A stretch of 64,000 nucleotides of DNA, taken from NCBI GenBank assembly GCA_002418265.1, contig DIDS01000014.1:72588-136587 (forward strand), in the 5' to 3' direction. The position numbers and the translations under genes are program-made. The stretch comes from Acidimicrobiia bacterium UBA5794. Lineage in GTDB: Bacteria > Actinomycetota > Acidimicrobiia > Spongiisociales > UBA5794. This document shows, piece by piece, positions 49,570-58,635 of the stretch. The notes beneath the pieces were generated by a model. The model ran no database searches. It had not been told where the DNA came from and was given only the letters and a program-made list of their open reading frames with translations. Within the stretch, counting starts at the first letter, position 1. Each line of letters starts with the position of its first letter.

Positions 49570-49660
49570 CCGTCCTCCCGCTTGCGGGGGGACGCGAGGA
49601 GCGAAGCGACGATGCAGGGGGGGGCAGTCCGACTTCTGACTTCTGACTTCTGACTTCTGG
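49570..49660. repeat. GC-rich hairpin module (inverted orientation) plus (GACTTCT)x4 heptamer array
   Basis: ccgtcctcccgcttgcggggggacgcgaggagcgaagcgacgatgcaggggggggcagtccgacttctgacttctgacttctgacttctgg. Confidence 0.8.
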
Positions 49661-49661
49661 C

Positions 49662-51029
49662 TTACAGGCCTCGCATCAAGAACGCGGCAGCTTGTTCCCG
49701 TGTCAAGGTTTCGGTCGCTCCAAAGCTCCCATCCTCGTGGCCGAGGGCGATCCCGAGCTCGTGGGCAAGTTCAATCTTGCCCACAAGGGGATGATCGGGA
49801 CCGATGTCGGTGAAGTAGCCCTGATACTGGGGATAGTTGGTCTTGCCAAGGGCATCCATCAGCACCGAAACAAGGAAGCCCCGTTCCCCTGGCGAGCCGC
49901 CATCAAATGGGCCTCCAGCGCGAAGCGCTCCAATTTCAACAAGGTACTCGACCGATCCGACAAACCAGGCGTCTGAGGACACGTCGTTGAAGTACGCCCG
50001 ATACGACGGGTAACTCTTCTCGCCGCCGACGGCTCTGGCAATCATCGTCGCTGCCTGTGCGCGCGTAACCGTAGCCGCGGGACAGTATGAGTTCCAGGTG
50101 CATCCAATCGTTATTCCCCGCGCTGCCATCTGTTCGATCTGTGCTTCGGCGTACGAGCCGTCGTCGTCAACGAATGTGCCCTCATAGGTGCCAACACGCG
50201 ACGTATCCGATACCACGCCGTGAGGACCGAAATCGACCACCACATCATGGATTCCCGGTTCGGTGTTCCCATCCCACCAGACAGCCTCGGTGCCGGATCC
50301 GGTGTGCGTCCAAACGACCTTTCCGGACCCCTGGCGAATCTGGATCGTCCAGTTCACGATCGCATCGGCTTCAATGTTGAGCGTCCCACCTTGGGGGGCC
50401 GCGACCGTTTTGAACGATCCGAAGTCGACCGAGAATTGTGCATCGATCTGTTCGGCGGGAACCGCGGCGAGGAGGTAGGGATTCGGGTCCACGGGCGTGC
50501 CGTCGGGCTGGTGATACTCGAAGTGAAGATGAGAGCCAACGTTCTCGGCGTTGCCGGAGTCGCCGACCCAGCCAATGAGTTGTCCTGCCGAAACGCGGAC
50601 TCCGGGCGCAATGCCTTCGGCGATTCCCCAACCCGCACCGTCGTCGGTTCCGGGTGTGTCGTTGTTGAGGTGGATGTACCACGACTCCCAGCCATCGTCG
50701 TGTGTGAGAGCAATCGTGCAGCAACGATCGGGGTTCAGGTTGCCGGGATCCGAACTCCAATTGACGTACCGGATGACACCATTGGCTGCGGCGACAACCG
50801 GAGTCATCTTGGCTGCCATCAGATCGTCGCCTTCGTGGTAGCGGCTACAACCGGCCCGACATGCGCCAAAGTTGTCCGTGTTGTTGACCTTGCCGACGAC
50901 CGGGAAGACGAGGGGAAGATCCTGGGTAACTGCCTTGGCCGGTGGTGGAGCCAAGACGATGATGGTGGCAAGGGCTGTCAGCGCAACAATGGCCGCCACA
51001 GCCCCGAATTGCCTCTGGGAGCGGGCCAT
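49662..51029 (-). CDS. Secreted M23-family metallopeptidase with C-terminal S-layer-homology (SLH) domains
   Basis: Signal peptide, M23 motifs (HEGDDLMAA...HLHFEYH), and two or three SLH-like repeats (FNDVSSDAWFVGSVEYLVEIGAL; FTDIGPDHPLVGKIELAHELGIALG). Confidence 0.8.
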   Translation of the reverse strand: MARSQRQFGAVAAIVALTALATIIVLAPPPAKAVTQDLPLVFPVVGKVNNTDNFGACRAGCSRYHEGDDLMAAKMTPVVAAANGVIRYVNWSSDPGNLNPDRCCTIALTHDDGWESWYIHLNNDTPGTDDGAGWGIAEGIAPGVRVSAGQLIGWVGDSGNAENVGSHLHFEYHQPDGTPVDPNPYLLAAVPAEQIDAQFSVDFGSFKTVAAPQGGTLNIEADAIVNWTIQIRQGSGKVVWTHTGSGTEAVWWDGNTEPGIHDVVVDFGPHGVVSDTSRVGTYEGTFVDDDGSYAEAQIEQMAARGITIGCTWNSYCPAATVTRAQAATMIARAVGGEKSYPSYRAYFNDVSSDAWFVGSVEYLVEIGALRAGGPFDGGSPGERGFLVSVLMDALGKTNYPQYQGYFTDIGPDHPLVGKIELAHELGIALGHEDGSFGATETLTREQAAAFLMRGL

Positions 51030-51132
51030 GTCCCTCCTTCGGCAAAATCGGGACGATCCTTGAGCATCTCCCGCTGTGAACCACCGCTGTCAACTGTGCT
51101 ATCCGTCTGTGTGCTGGGCTGTGAGTCAGCGG

Positions 51133-52218
51133 CTATTGGACGGAGACCGCTTGGACGTCCAGTTCTGTTGCCTTGATCGAGACCCACACGGCAACACCCG
51201 GCACCAGTTCGAGAGAACGCGCCGACTCAGTTGTTACCTCGGCTATGAGAGCGAGGGGCGACGAAGTCGCAACCCGCGCGGTGTCCCCAAGCGGCTCAAT
51301 GTGGGCGATCGTCGTCTTCCACGTGTTCCTCGGACTGCCTTCGGGTTTGACGCGATGGAGCGCAACAGCCCTCGGGTGAAAAGTGACGATGACCTTGCCC
51401 GATACATCGTGGGCCGGCATGTAGAGGTCGTGACCGTCAACGTCGACGACTCCGTCCGCAGCTGTTCCCTCAAAGAGGTTCATGCCAGCGAGGTCAGCGG
51501 CATAGCGCGACTGGGGATTGAGCCGAATGTCGGCTGCCGTACCAGACTGACTGACCAGCCCTTCTTCAAGGATGCAAATTTCGTCCCCGAGCAAGAACGC
51601 CTCGGTCGGATCATGGGTGATCACGAGAGCCGGACCGTTGTACGAATTGAGGAACTCGGCGATGGTTCTTCTGGCGTGCGCCTTGGTTGTGACATCGAGC
51701 GATCCGAGAGGCTCATCAAGAATGAGAAGTCGTGGATCAGTCACCACGGCGCGAGCAAGGGCGACCCGCTGAGCCTCACCGCCCGACAGCTCGGCTGGTC
51801 TGCGTTCAGCCAGATCCGTGAGCCCGAGGCGATCCATCCACACATCCGTGCGCGATGCTGCATCGCCCTTCGAGATGCCAGTGCTCCGCAGCCCGAAAGC
51901 GATGTTGTCCCTTACGCTGAGATGTGGAAACAACAGACCGTCCTGGAACATGACACCGATGCCGCGTTGTGCCGGAGGAACGAACACACCTTGGTCTGTG
52001 TCTTCAAGGACCACTCCGCCAAGTTCAACCCTCCCTTCATCAATCGGTGAAAGCCCAACAAGGGCAGCGACGAGCGTCGACTTTCCTGCACCATTCGGGC
52101 CGAGAACGGCCAGAGTGGATCCGGAGGCGATCTCGATGGCCACATCGAGCCCGAACCCCTCGCTGCGAGCCACCTTGATGTCGGCCGAGAGTCCTTCGTT
52201 CTTCACGACACCCCCCAC
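51133..52218 (-). CDS. modC: Molybdate ABC transporter ATP-binding protein with C-terminal TOBE domain
   Basis: Walker A GPNGAGKST, signature LSGGEAQRVALARA, C-terminal Mop/TOBE domain. Confidence 0.85.
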   Translation of the reverse strand: MGGVVKNEGLSADIKVARSEGFGLDVAIEIASGSTLAVLGPNGAGKSTLVAALVGLSPIDEGRVELGGVVLEDTDQGVFVPPAQRGIGVMFQDGLLFPHLSVRDNIAFGLRSTGISKGDAASRTDVWMDRLGLTDLAERRPAELSGGEAQRVALARAVVTDPRLLILDEPLGSLDVTTKAHARRTIAEFLNSYNGPALVITHDPTEAFLLGDEICILEEGLVSQSGTAADIRLNPQSRYAADLAGMNLFEGTAADGVVDVDGHDLYMPAHDVSGKVIVTFHPRAVALHRVKPEGSPRNTWKTTIAHIEPLGDTARVATSSPLALIAEVTTESARSLELVPGVAVWVSIKATELDVQAVSVQ

Positions 52219-53009
52219 CAGCGATCACGAAGAAGAACCAGCACCGCGAGCGAAACGGCAACCATGACGAGGCTCATTGCGATCGCGGCGTTGCGGTTCG
52301 ATTCAAGTGCAACAAACACCGCGAGGGGCATCGTCTGGGTACGCCCTTGAACGTTGCCAGCAAAGGTCAGCGTTGCCCCGAACTCACCGAATGCCCGCGC
52401 CCAGGTAAGCGCCAATCCGGAAGCGAGCGACGGCATGATCAGGGGAATGGTCACACGCCGAAGAACCGTCCATCGTCCGGCACCAAGTGATTCGGCAGCT
52501 CCTTCGTACCTCCCGTCAATACTCCGCAGACCCGCTTCGACGGTGATCACGACAAAGGGCATCGCGACGAACGTGACCGCAACGATGACACCCCATATCG
52601 AGAATGGCAGGACGATACCGGTAGCGTCATACAGCGGCCCACCAACCACGCCTCTCCTTCCAAGGGCGAACAGCAGGGCGGCACCGCCGACCACCGGGGG
52701 CAGAACGATCGGGAGGAGTACCAGTGCACGAACGAGACTTTTGCCACGGAAGTCCGTCCTTGCCAGCAAGAACGCGATCGGGACACCGATGCAAAAAGAA
52801 ATCAAGGTTGCGGCAACCGATGCGACAAGCGAAATCTGAAGGGCATCAAGCACAACATCGTCAGCGAGAAGTGAACCGAGGTCACTCCATGGCGTTCGGA
52901 TCAGGAGACCAATGATCGGTAGGGCAAGGAACATGACGCCAACAACCCCAAGAGCCATGATCACGATCGGTGGGCGTTCGGTCCGATTCCAGCGTTGACG
53001 TCGGTTCAT
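52203..53009 (-). CDS. modB: Molybdate ABC transporter permease
   Basis: ModB/CysT-type permease core (LLPIVLPPVVGG...). Confidence 0.85.
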   Translation of the reverse strand: MNRRQRWNRTERPPIVIMALGVVGVMFLALPIIGLLIRTPWSDLGSLLADDVVLDALQISLVASVAATLISFCIGVPIAFLLARTDFRGKSLVRALVLLPIVLPPVVGGAALLFALGRRGVVGGPLYDATGIVLPFSIWGVIVAVTFVAMPFVVITVEAGLRSIDGRYEGAAESLGAGRWTVLRRVTIPLIMPSLASGLALTWARAFGEFGATLTFAGNVQGRTQTMPLAVFVALESNRNAAIAMSLVMVAVSLAVLVLLRDRWWGVS

Positions 53010-53022
53010 GATTGCTGCGGTG

Positions 53023-53799
53023 TCATGGGAGCTCGAATCCGAACGAGGCGAGAATCTCACGGCCGTCATCTGACATCACGAATGCAACGAACGCGGCAGC
53101 CACACCGGATTCGTCGGCTGAAACGACAGCAATCGGGTAGCGCACATCCACATTGTGCTCGTCGGGAATCAGAATCGAGTCAACCGAACCGGCCGCCGCA
53201 ACCACATCGGAGGTGTAGACGATCCCTGCATCAATCTCTCCCGATTCAATCTTGAGCGTCAGGGACCGGACGTTTGGTTCCTCGGTGTCCACCGACGCCA
53301 CAACACCGGCTGATGCGAGAGATTCGCGCGCATATGACCCACAGGGCACGGCTGGAAGGCATAGGCCTATGAAGAGGTTTTCGTTCCCGAAATCCTCAAG
53401 CCCTGAGACGGAGGCAGGGTTGCCGGGAGGGACGGCGATCACGACACTGTTGAGGGCAAACGTCTGGACCGGACCGGTAGCAGCATGCCAGTACAACACA
53501 TCTTCCATGGCTTCGCTGTTGGCCGATGCGAACACATCCACCGGTGCACCCTCGATGATCTGTGCAGCGAGACTGTTCGATCCGCCCGAGTTGATGTCGA
53601 CCACGACACCTGGCACTTGGGTTTCAAAGTCGGACGCAATCTCCTGAAAGGCCGGTTCGAGCGATGCGGCAACGGAGACCAACAATGTTGAGGTTTCCTT
53701 GTTGGTTGAGCATCCTGCAACGATTGCTGCGCACAGCGCAAGGACAACGGCGACGCGGGCGACTCCGGTTGCGGTCGCGGTTGGTCGGGCTCGGTGCAT
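53023..53799 (-). CDS. modA: Molybdate-binding periplasmic lipoprotein
   Basis: Lipobox VAGCS, and ModA-type SBP motifs (SLEPAF, GAPVDVFASA). Confidence 0.85.
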   Translation of the reverse strand: MHRARPTATATGVARVAVVLALCAAIVAGCSTNKETSTLLVSVAASLEPAFQEIASDFETQVPGVVVDINSGGSNSLAAQIIEGAPVDVFASANSEAMEDVLYWHAATGPVQTFALNSVVIAVPPGNPASVSGLEDFGNENLFIGLCLPAVPCGSYARESLASAGVVASVDTEEPNVRSLTLKIESGEIDAGIVYTSDVVAAAGSVDSILIPDEHNVDVRYPIAVVSADESGVAAAFVAFVMSDDGREILASFGFELP

Positions 53800-53827
53800 C
53801 GTATGAGGCTATCACCGCGTCCCGACG

Positions 53828-54160
53828 TCAGACGTAGGCGAGGCCGATCATCACGGCAAAGGCGCCAAGGGGGACAAGCAGGAGTATGACCAGGCGGATG
53901 ACGGTCTGATCGAAGACCAACGCGAGAAACACCGATCCAATGATTCCGGCAAACCACAACGCCGTCATCATCAGGACCACGAAGCGCAGAAGGCCACCCC
54001 AATCGGGGTCATCGGACTGGACAAGGCCAACAACCCCGAAGGTCCCAGCCACCACAACCTGGACGATGACTGCGGCTTTTTCGAGACGCGACAACGGGCG
54101 ACGAGACTTCTCAGGATTGACCATATGGCGCAGAAGATACTGTGTGGATGGATCCTGCAA
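53828..54160 (-). CDS. Small 3-TM membrane protein, unknown function; possibly first gene of the mod operon
   Basis: 110-aa hydrophobic ORF 28 nt upstream of modA. Confidence 0.4.
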   Translation of the reverse strand: MQDPSTQYLLRHMVNPEKSRRPLSRLEKAAVIVQVVVAGTFGVVGLVQSDDPDWGGLLRFVVLMMTALWFAGIIGSVFLALVFDQTVIRLVILLLVPLGAFAVMIGLAYV

Positions 54161-54218
54161 GTGGCATGGTCAGCGAGGACGCAGATCTCTCGTTGATCAC
54201 GATGGGGGACGGTGCGGA

Positions 54219-54256
54219 TGTCAGAAGTCAGAAGCTGAAAGCTGTGAGCTGAAAGC
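54219..54256. repeat. Heptamer array (GTCAGAA)x2 and (GCTGAAA/GCTGTGA)x3
   Basis: gtcagaagtcagaagctgaaagctgtgagctgaaagcc. Confidence 0.8.
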
Positions 54257-54272
54257 CGGGGTCGAAGACCCC

Positions 54273-54292
54273 CTGAGTGAGTGCTCACTCAG
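54273..54292. promoter_or_regulatory. Perfect 9-2-9 inverted repeat, candidate TetR operator, about 20 nt upstream of the TetR gene
   Basis: CTGAGTGAG-tg-CTCACTCAG, preceded by a small hairpin GGGGTC-gaa-GACCCC. Confidence 0.4.
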
Positions 54293-54310
54293 TGGTATGC
54301 TTGATTGGTT

Positions 54311-54928
54311 ATGGTCAAACAGACTCGTGCGAAACCCATGTCCACTGAGGATCGCCAGCAGGCAATCCTCGATGCTGTCACACCGCTGATCGTTGAGCGG
54401 GGGTCCAAGGTCACGACGTCGGAGATGGCCAAGGCCGCGGGCGTTGCTGAGGGAACCATCTACTCGGTGTTCCCGGACAAGCACTCACTGATCATTGCTG
54501 CAGTGCGGGCTTCCCTCGATCCTGCTGCGGTGCAGGCGGCTGTTGGCAACATCGATCGCACCCAATCCCTTCAGATGCAGCTCCAGGATGCTGCGACGAT
54601 TCTTGCGGATCGTATCGAACGAGTGATGGCGCTCTTTGATGCGCTCCGTTCGCTTCCCAATCACAGCCATCACGATGGCAAACACGCCAGACGCTTCATC
54701 GCCCAAACAGAGGCGGCAGTCACCGAGACCCTCACGGAGCTGTTGGAAGCACACCGGGACGACCTTGCGATCGAGCCAGTCCGTGCCGCGTCAGCCCTTC
54801 GCGGTCTCATCTTTGCGATCCGCCATCCGATGCTCCCCCCTGACCAACGCCTCACCGTCGAAGAAGCCGTGACAATTCTGATCTCGGGGATCGCCAGCCG
54901 ACACACCACGACGAAGACAGGCTCGTAG
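54311..54928 (+). CDS. TetR-family transcriptional regulator
   Basis: HTH TSEMAKAAGVAEGTIYSVF. Start ambiguous among TTG 54305, ATG 54311 and ATG 54338. Confidence 0.8.
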   Translation: MVKQTRAKPMSTEDRQQAILDAVTPLIVERGSKVTTSEMAKAAGVAEGTIYSVFPDKHSLIIAAVRASLDPAAVQAAVGNIDRTQSLQMQLQDAATILADRIERVMALFDALRSLPNHSHHDGKHARRFIAQTEAAVTETLTELLEAHRDDLAIEPVRAASALRGLIFAIRHPMLPPDQRLTVEEAVTILISGIASRHTTTKTGS

Positions 54929-54937
54929 GGGATTCCG

Positions 54938-56671
54938 ATGCTGATCCGTCTGCTCAGGAGCCACCTTGCACCGTACAAGCGCTGGATCATGATCATCGTT
55001 GCACTCCAGTTCGTTGCGACCGTGGCATCACTCCTGCTCCCGAGCCTCAACGCCGACATCATCGACAAGGGTGTTGTCACCGGTGATACCGACTACATCC
55101 TGCGCATCGGTTCGATCATGCTCGCCGTGTCTGCGCTTCAAGTCATCGCGTCAATCTCCGCTGTGTACTTCGGGGCAAAGACGGCGATGGCATTCGGCAG
55201 AGACCTCAGGAGCTCAATCTTCCGCAAGGTTGCGTCCTTTTCGACACGTGAGATGTCCCACTTCGGTGCCCCGTCGCTGATCACCCGCAACACGAACGAT
55301 GTCCAGCAGGTCCAGATGCTCGCCATGATGACATTCACGCTCATGGTGATGGCACCCATCATGATGGTTGGAGGCATCATCATGGCACTGCGTGAAGATG
55401 TCGGACTGTCATGGCTTGTGGCAGTCGCCGTTCCGCTGCTCGCCGCCATCCTTGCGATCGTGATCTCGCAGATGATCCCGGCTTATCGCAAGATGCAGAT
55501 TCGGATCGACACGGTGAACCGGGTGCTCCGGGAGCAGCTGAGCGGAATCCGGGTGCTTCGCGCTTTCGTTCGTGAGCCATACGAGACCGATCGATTCGAA
55601 AAGGCCAACCAAGAGCTCACGGACGTGTCGCTCACGGTCGGACGGTGGATGGCAGCAATGTTCCCCATCGTGATGCTCATCCTGAACCTGACGAGCGTTG
55701 CCGTGTTGTGGTTCGGCGGACACCGAGTCGACGCAGGGACAATGGAGATCGGTGCGCTTACCGCATACCTCACCTACCTCATCCAGATCCTGATGTCGGT
55801 CATGATGGCCACGTTCACGTTCGTGATGGTTCCGAGGGCGGCAGCGAGCGCCGATCGCATCGGCGAGGTCCTTGACACCGAATCGTCCGTCGTACCACCG
55901 GAATCGGGGATCACCGCGGTCGATCGACATGGTGAGGTTCAATTTCTCGATGTCGAGTTCACCTATCCGGGGGCGAGTGATCCGGTTCTTCGTGACATCA
56001 ACCTCACCGCACGAGCCGGTCAGACAACCGCAATCGTTGGATCCACCGGGGCAGGCAAGACAACCCTGATGAATCTGATACCGAGGCTCTTCGACGCAAC
56101 CTCGGGAACGGTGCTCGTCAATGGTGTGGATGTCCGAAACCTTGATCCCGACTTCCTCTGGAGTCGGATCGGGCTGATCCCCCAGAATCCATACCTGTTC
56201 ACCGGCACAGTTGCATCGAACCTGCGATACGGCAAACCGGATGCCACCGAAGCCGAGATGTGGCGAGCGCTCGAGATTGCCCAGGCGCGAGGCTTCGTCG
56301 AGGACATGCCCGAAGGCCTTGACGCACCGATCGCACAGGGTGGTACCAATGTTTCGGGCGGCCAACGACAGCGTCTTTCGATTGCCCGAGCACTGATCCG
56401 CTCCCCCGAGATCTACCTGTTCGATGACTCGTTTTCTGCGCTCGATCTTGCAACCGACGCTCGGCTTCGTGCCGCCCTCACCGCGGTGACGACGCAAGCA
56501 ACCGTCATCATCGTCGCGCAGCGGATCTCGTCGATCAAAAGCGCAGACCAGATTGTCGTGCTCGACGATGGCGCCATCGTGGGAATCGGAACACACGGTG
56601 AACTGCTCGAATCGTGCCAGACCTACGCCGAGATTGTCGAGTCGCAACAGATGGCCGAGGTGCCGCGATGA
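54938..56671 (+). CDS. ABC exporter, fused permease/ATPase (type I exporter, half-transporter 1)
   Basis: Six-TM domain followed by an NBD with Walker A GSTGAGKTTL and signature VSGGQRQR. Confidence 0.85.
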   Translation: MLIRLLRSHLAPYKRWIMIIVALQFVATVASLLLPSLNADIIDKGVVTGDTDYILRIGSIMLAVSALQVIASISAVYFGAKTAMAFGRDLRSSIFRKVASFSTREMSHFGAPSLITRNTNDVQQVQMLAMMTFTLMVMAPIMMVGGIIMALREDVGLSWLVAVAVPLLAAILAIVISQMIPAYRKMQIRIDTVNRVLREQLSGIRVLRAFVREPYETDRFEKANQELTDVSLTVGRWMAAMFPIVMLILNLTSVAVLWFGGHRVDAGTMEIGALTAYLTYLIQILMSVMMATFTFVMVPRAAASADRIGEVLDTESSVVPPESGITAVDRHGEVQFLDVEFTYPGASDPVLRDINLTARAGQTTAIVGSTGAGKTTLMNLIPRLFDATSGTVLVNGVDVRNLDPDFLWSRIGLIPQNPYLFTGTVASNLRYGKPDATEAEMWRALEIAQARGFVEDMPEGLDAPIAQGGTNVSGGQRQRLSIARALIRSPEIYLFDDSFSALDLATDARLRAALTAVTTQATVIIVAQRISSIKSADQIVVLDDGAIVGIGTHGELLESCQTYAEIVESQQMAEVPR

Positions 56672-58635
56672 CCAGCAGCGGCAAGAACGGGGAGCTCAAA
56701 ACAACCGAGCGTGTGGTGGCACAGGGAGGCCCCGGGCGTGGAATGGGCGGCGGACAGATCGCCCAGAAACCGTTGGCATTCAAGGAGTCAGGGAAGCGGC
56801 TGCTGAACAGGCTCAGACCGCAAGGGCTGAAGGTGGCCTTTGTGTTGCTCGCAGCCATTGTGAGCGTCGGCCTCGCATCCCTTGGTCCACGCGTCCTCGG
56901 ACGTGCGACCGACCTGATCTTCGCCGGTGCCATCGGGGGCCAGCTGCCTGCGGGAATGACGAAGCAACAAGTGATTGATTCCGCAACAGCTTCGGGTAAT
57001 CACAAGCTGGCGGACATGCTCTCAGGCATCGACATTGTGCCGGGCACCGGCATCGACTTTCGAGCGGTCGGCACCGTTCTTCTCATCGTCATTGTCCTCT
57101 ACGTCGGATCAGCATTGCTGTCCTTCCTCCAGGGGTACCTCCTCAACGACGTCGTTCAGGACACAGTCATGAAACTTCGCGCTGAAGTTGAGGACAAGAT
57201 CCACAAACTGCCGCTCAGCTACTTCGACCGCCAACCCCGTGGTGAACTCCTCTCGCGGGTGACCAACGACATCGACAATGTGTCCCAAAGTCTTCAGCAG
57301 ACAATGAGTCAGCTCCTCACGTCGCTCCTCACCGTCGTCTTCGTGGTGATAATGATGGTTTTGATCTCCCCTGTCCTTGCTCTGATTGCTCTGATCACCA
57401 TCCCGGTAACCATGGTCATTGCTGCCCTGATCATGACGCGGTCCCAGAAACAGTTCGTGACCCAGTGGAGACGGACCGGGACGGTCAACGCCCAGGTCGA
57501 GGAGGCATTCACCGGGCATTCGCTGATCAAGGTGTTTGGACGCCAGGACGAAGTGCAAGACGTGTTCGAGTCCGAGAACGAGCAGCTCTATGAGGCAAGC
57601 TTCTCGGCCCAGTTCCTCTCCGGCCTGATCATGCCGATCATGATGTTCATTGGGAATTTGAACTATGTGATCATCGCGGTCATCGGGGGACTGCGGGTCG
57701 CGAGCGGAACGATGAGTCTCGGGGATGTGCAGGCGTTCATCCAATACTCGCGTCAGTTCACCCAGCCCGTCACCCAGATTGCCTCAATGGTGAACCTGCT
57801 CCAATCAGGGGTCGCATCAGCAGAACGCGTCTTCGAACTCCTCGACGCCGAGGAAGAAGAGCCAACCGACCATCATCCACGAATGGTCGACAACCCTCGT
57901 GGTCGCGTGGTGTTTGAGGACGTCTCGTTCCGCTACGAGCCGGACCAGCCCCTGATCGAGGATCTGTCGATGGTGGTCGAGCCCGGACAGACGGTTGCCA
58001 TCGTTGGACCCACCGGCGCCGGCAAGACGACGCTCGTGAACCTGATCATGCGCTTCTACGAACTCGACGGCGGTCGTATCACCCTCGATGGTGTCGACAC
58101 CTCGCTCATGCCGCGTGCTGACCTGCGATCCCGGATCGGGATGGTGCTCCAGGACACGTGGTTGTTCAAGGGAACGATCCGCGACAACATCGCGTACGGC
58201 AATCCCGATGCCACCGAAGACGAGCTCCTTGAAGCCGCGAAGGCAACGTTCGTGGACCGCTTCGTCCACAGCCTTCCCGACGGCTATGACACCGTCATCG
58301 ACGACGAGGGGACAAACATCTCATCTGGTGAAAAACAGCTCATCACCATCGCGAGAGCCTTCGTCGCGCAGCCAGCACTCCTGATTCTGGATGAAGCAAC
58401 GAGCTCTGTTGACACGCGCACCGAACTGCTCGTACAGCACGCCATGGCAGCGCTCCGATCCGATCGAACGAGCTTTGTCATTGCTCACCGGCTGTCAACG
58501 ATCCGGGACGCCGATCTCATCCTTGTGATGGAGGAGGGACGCATCGTCGAGCGGGGGACCCATGGGGAACTCCTCGATCGCAATGGAGCCTATGCGTCGC
58601 TGTACAACTCGCAATTCGGCATGTCTGACGTCTGA
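56668..58635 (+). CDS. ABC exporter, fused permease/ATPase (half-transporter 2; heterodimer partner)
   Basis: Walker A GPTGAGKTTL and signature SSGEKQL. ATGA overlap with the upstream gene. The last four codons (MSDV-stop) lie inside the palindromic heptamer array. Confidence 0.85.
   Translation: MTSSGKNGELKTTERVVAQGGPGRGMGGGQIAQKPLAFKESGKRLLNRLRPQGLKVAFVLLAAIVSVGLASLGPRVLGRATDLIFAGAIGGQLPAGMTKQQVIDSATASGNHKLADMLSGIDIVPGTGIDFRAVGTVLLIVIVLYVGSALLSFLQGYLLNDVVQDTVMKLRAEVEDKIHKLPLSYFDRQPRGELLSRVTNDIDNVSQSLQQTMSQLLTSLLTVVFVVIMMVLISPVLALIALITIPVTMVIAALIMTRSQKQFVTQWRRTGTVNAQVEEAFTGHSLIKVFGRQDEVQDVFESENEQLYEASFSAQFLSGLIMPIMMFIGNLNYVIIAVIGGLRVASGTMSLGDVQAFIQYSRQFTQPVTQIASMVNLLQSGVASAERVFELLDAEEEEPTDHHPRMVDNPRGRVVFEDVSFRYEPDQPLIEDLSMVVEPGQTVAIVGPTGAGKTTLVNLIMRFYELDGGRITLDGVDTSLMPRADLRSRIGMVLQDTWLFKGTIRDNIAYGNPDATEDELLEAAKATFVDRFVHSLPDGYDTVIDDEGTNISSGEKQLITIARAFVAQPALLILDEATSSVDTRTELLVQHAMAALRSDRTSFVIAHRLSTIRDADLILVMEEGRIVERGTHGELLDRNGAYASLYNSQFGMSDV

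Noticed and set aside
51076-52050. 324-aa ORF on the plus strand opposite modC, and many other ORFs of 60-240 aa antisense to or out-of-frame with the genes called above (for example 691..1326, 3016..3672, 16199..17107, 19540..20223, 35940..36728, 55409..56647)
   Set aside because: They lie entirely inside strongly supported genes on the other strand or frame. Their amino-acid composition is Arg/Ser/Pro-rich, which is typical of spurious frames in high-GC DNA, and they have no motifs. They are artefacts of GC-rich sequence.
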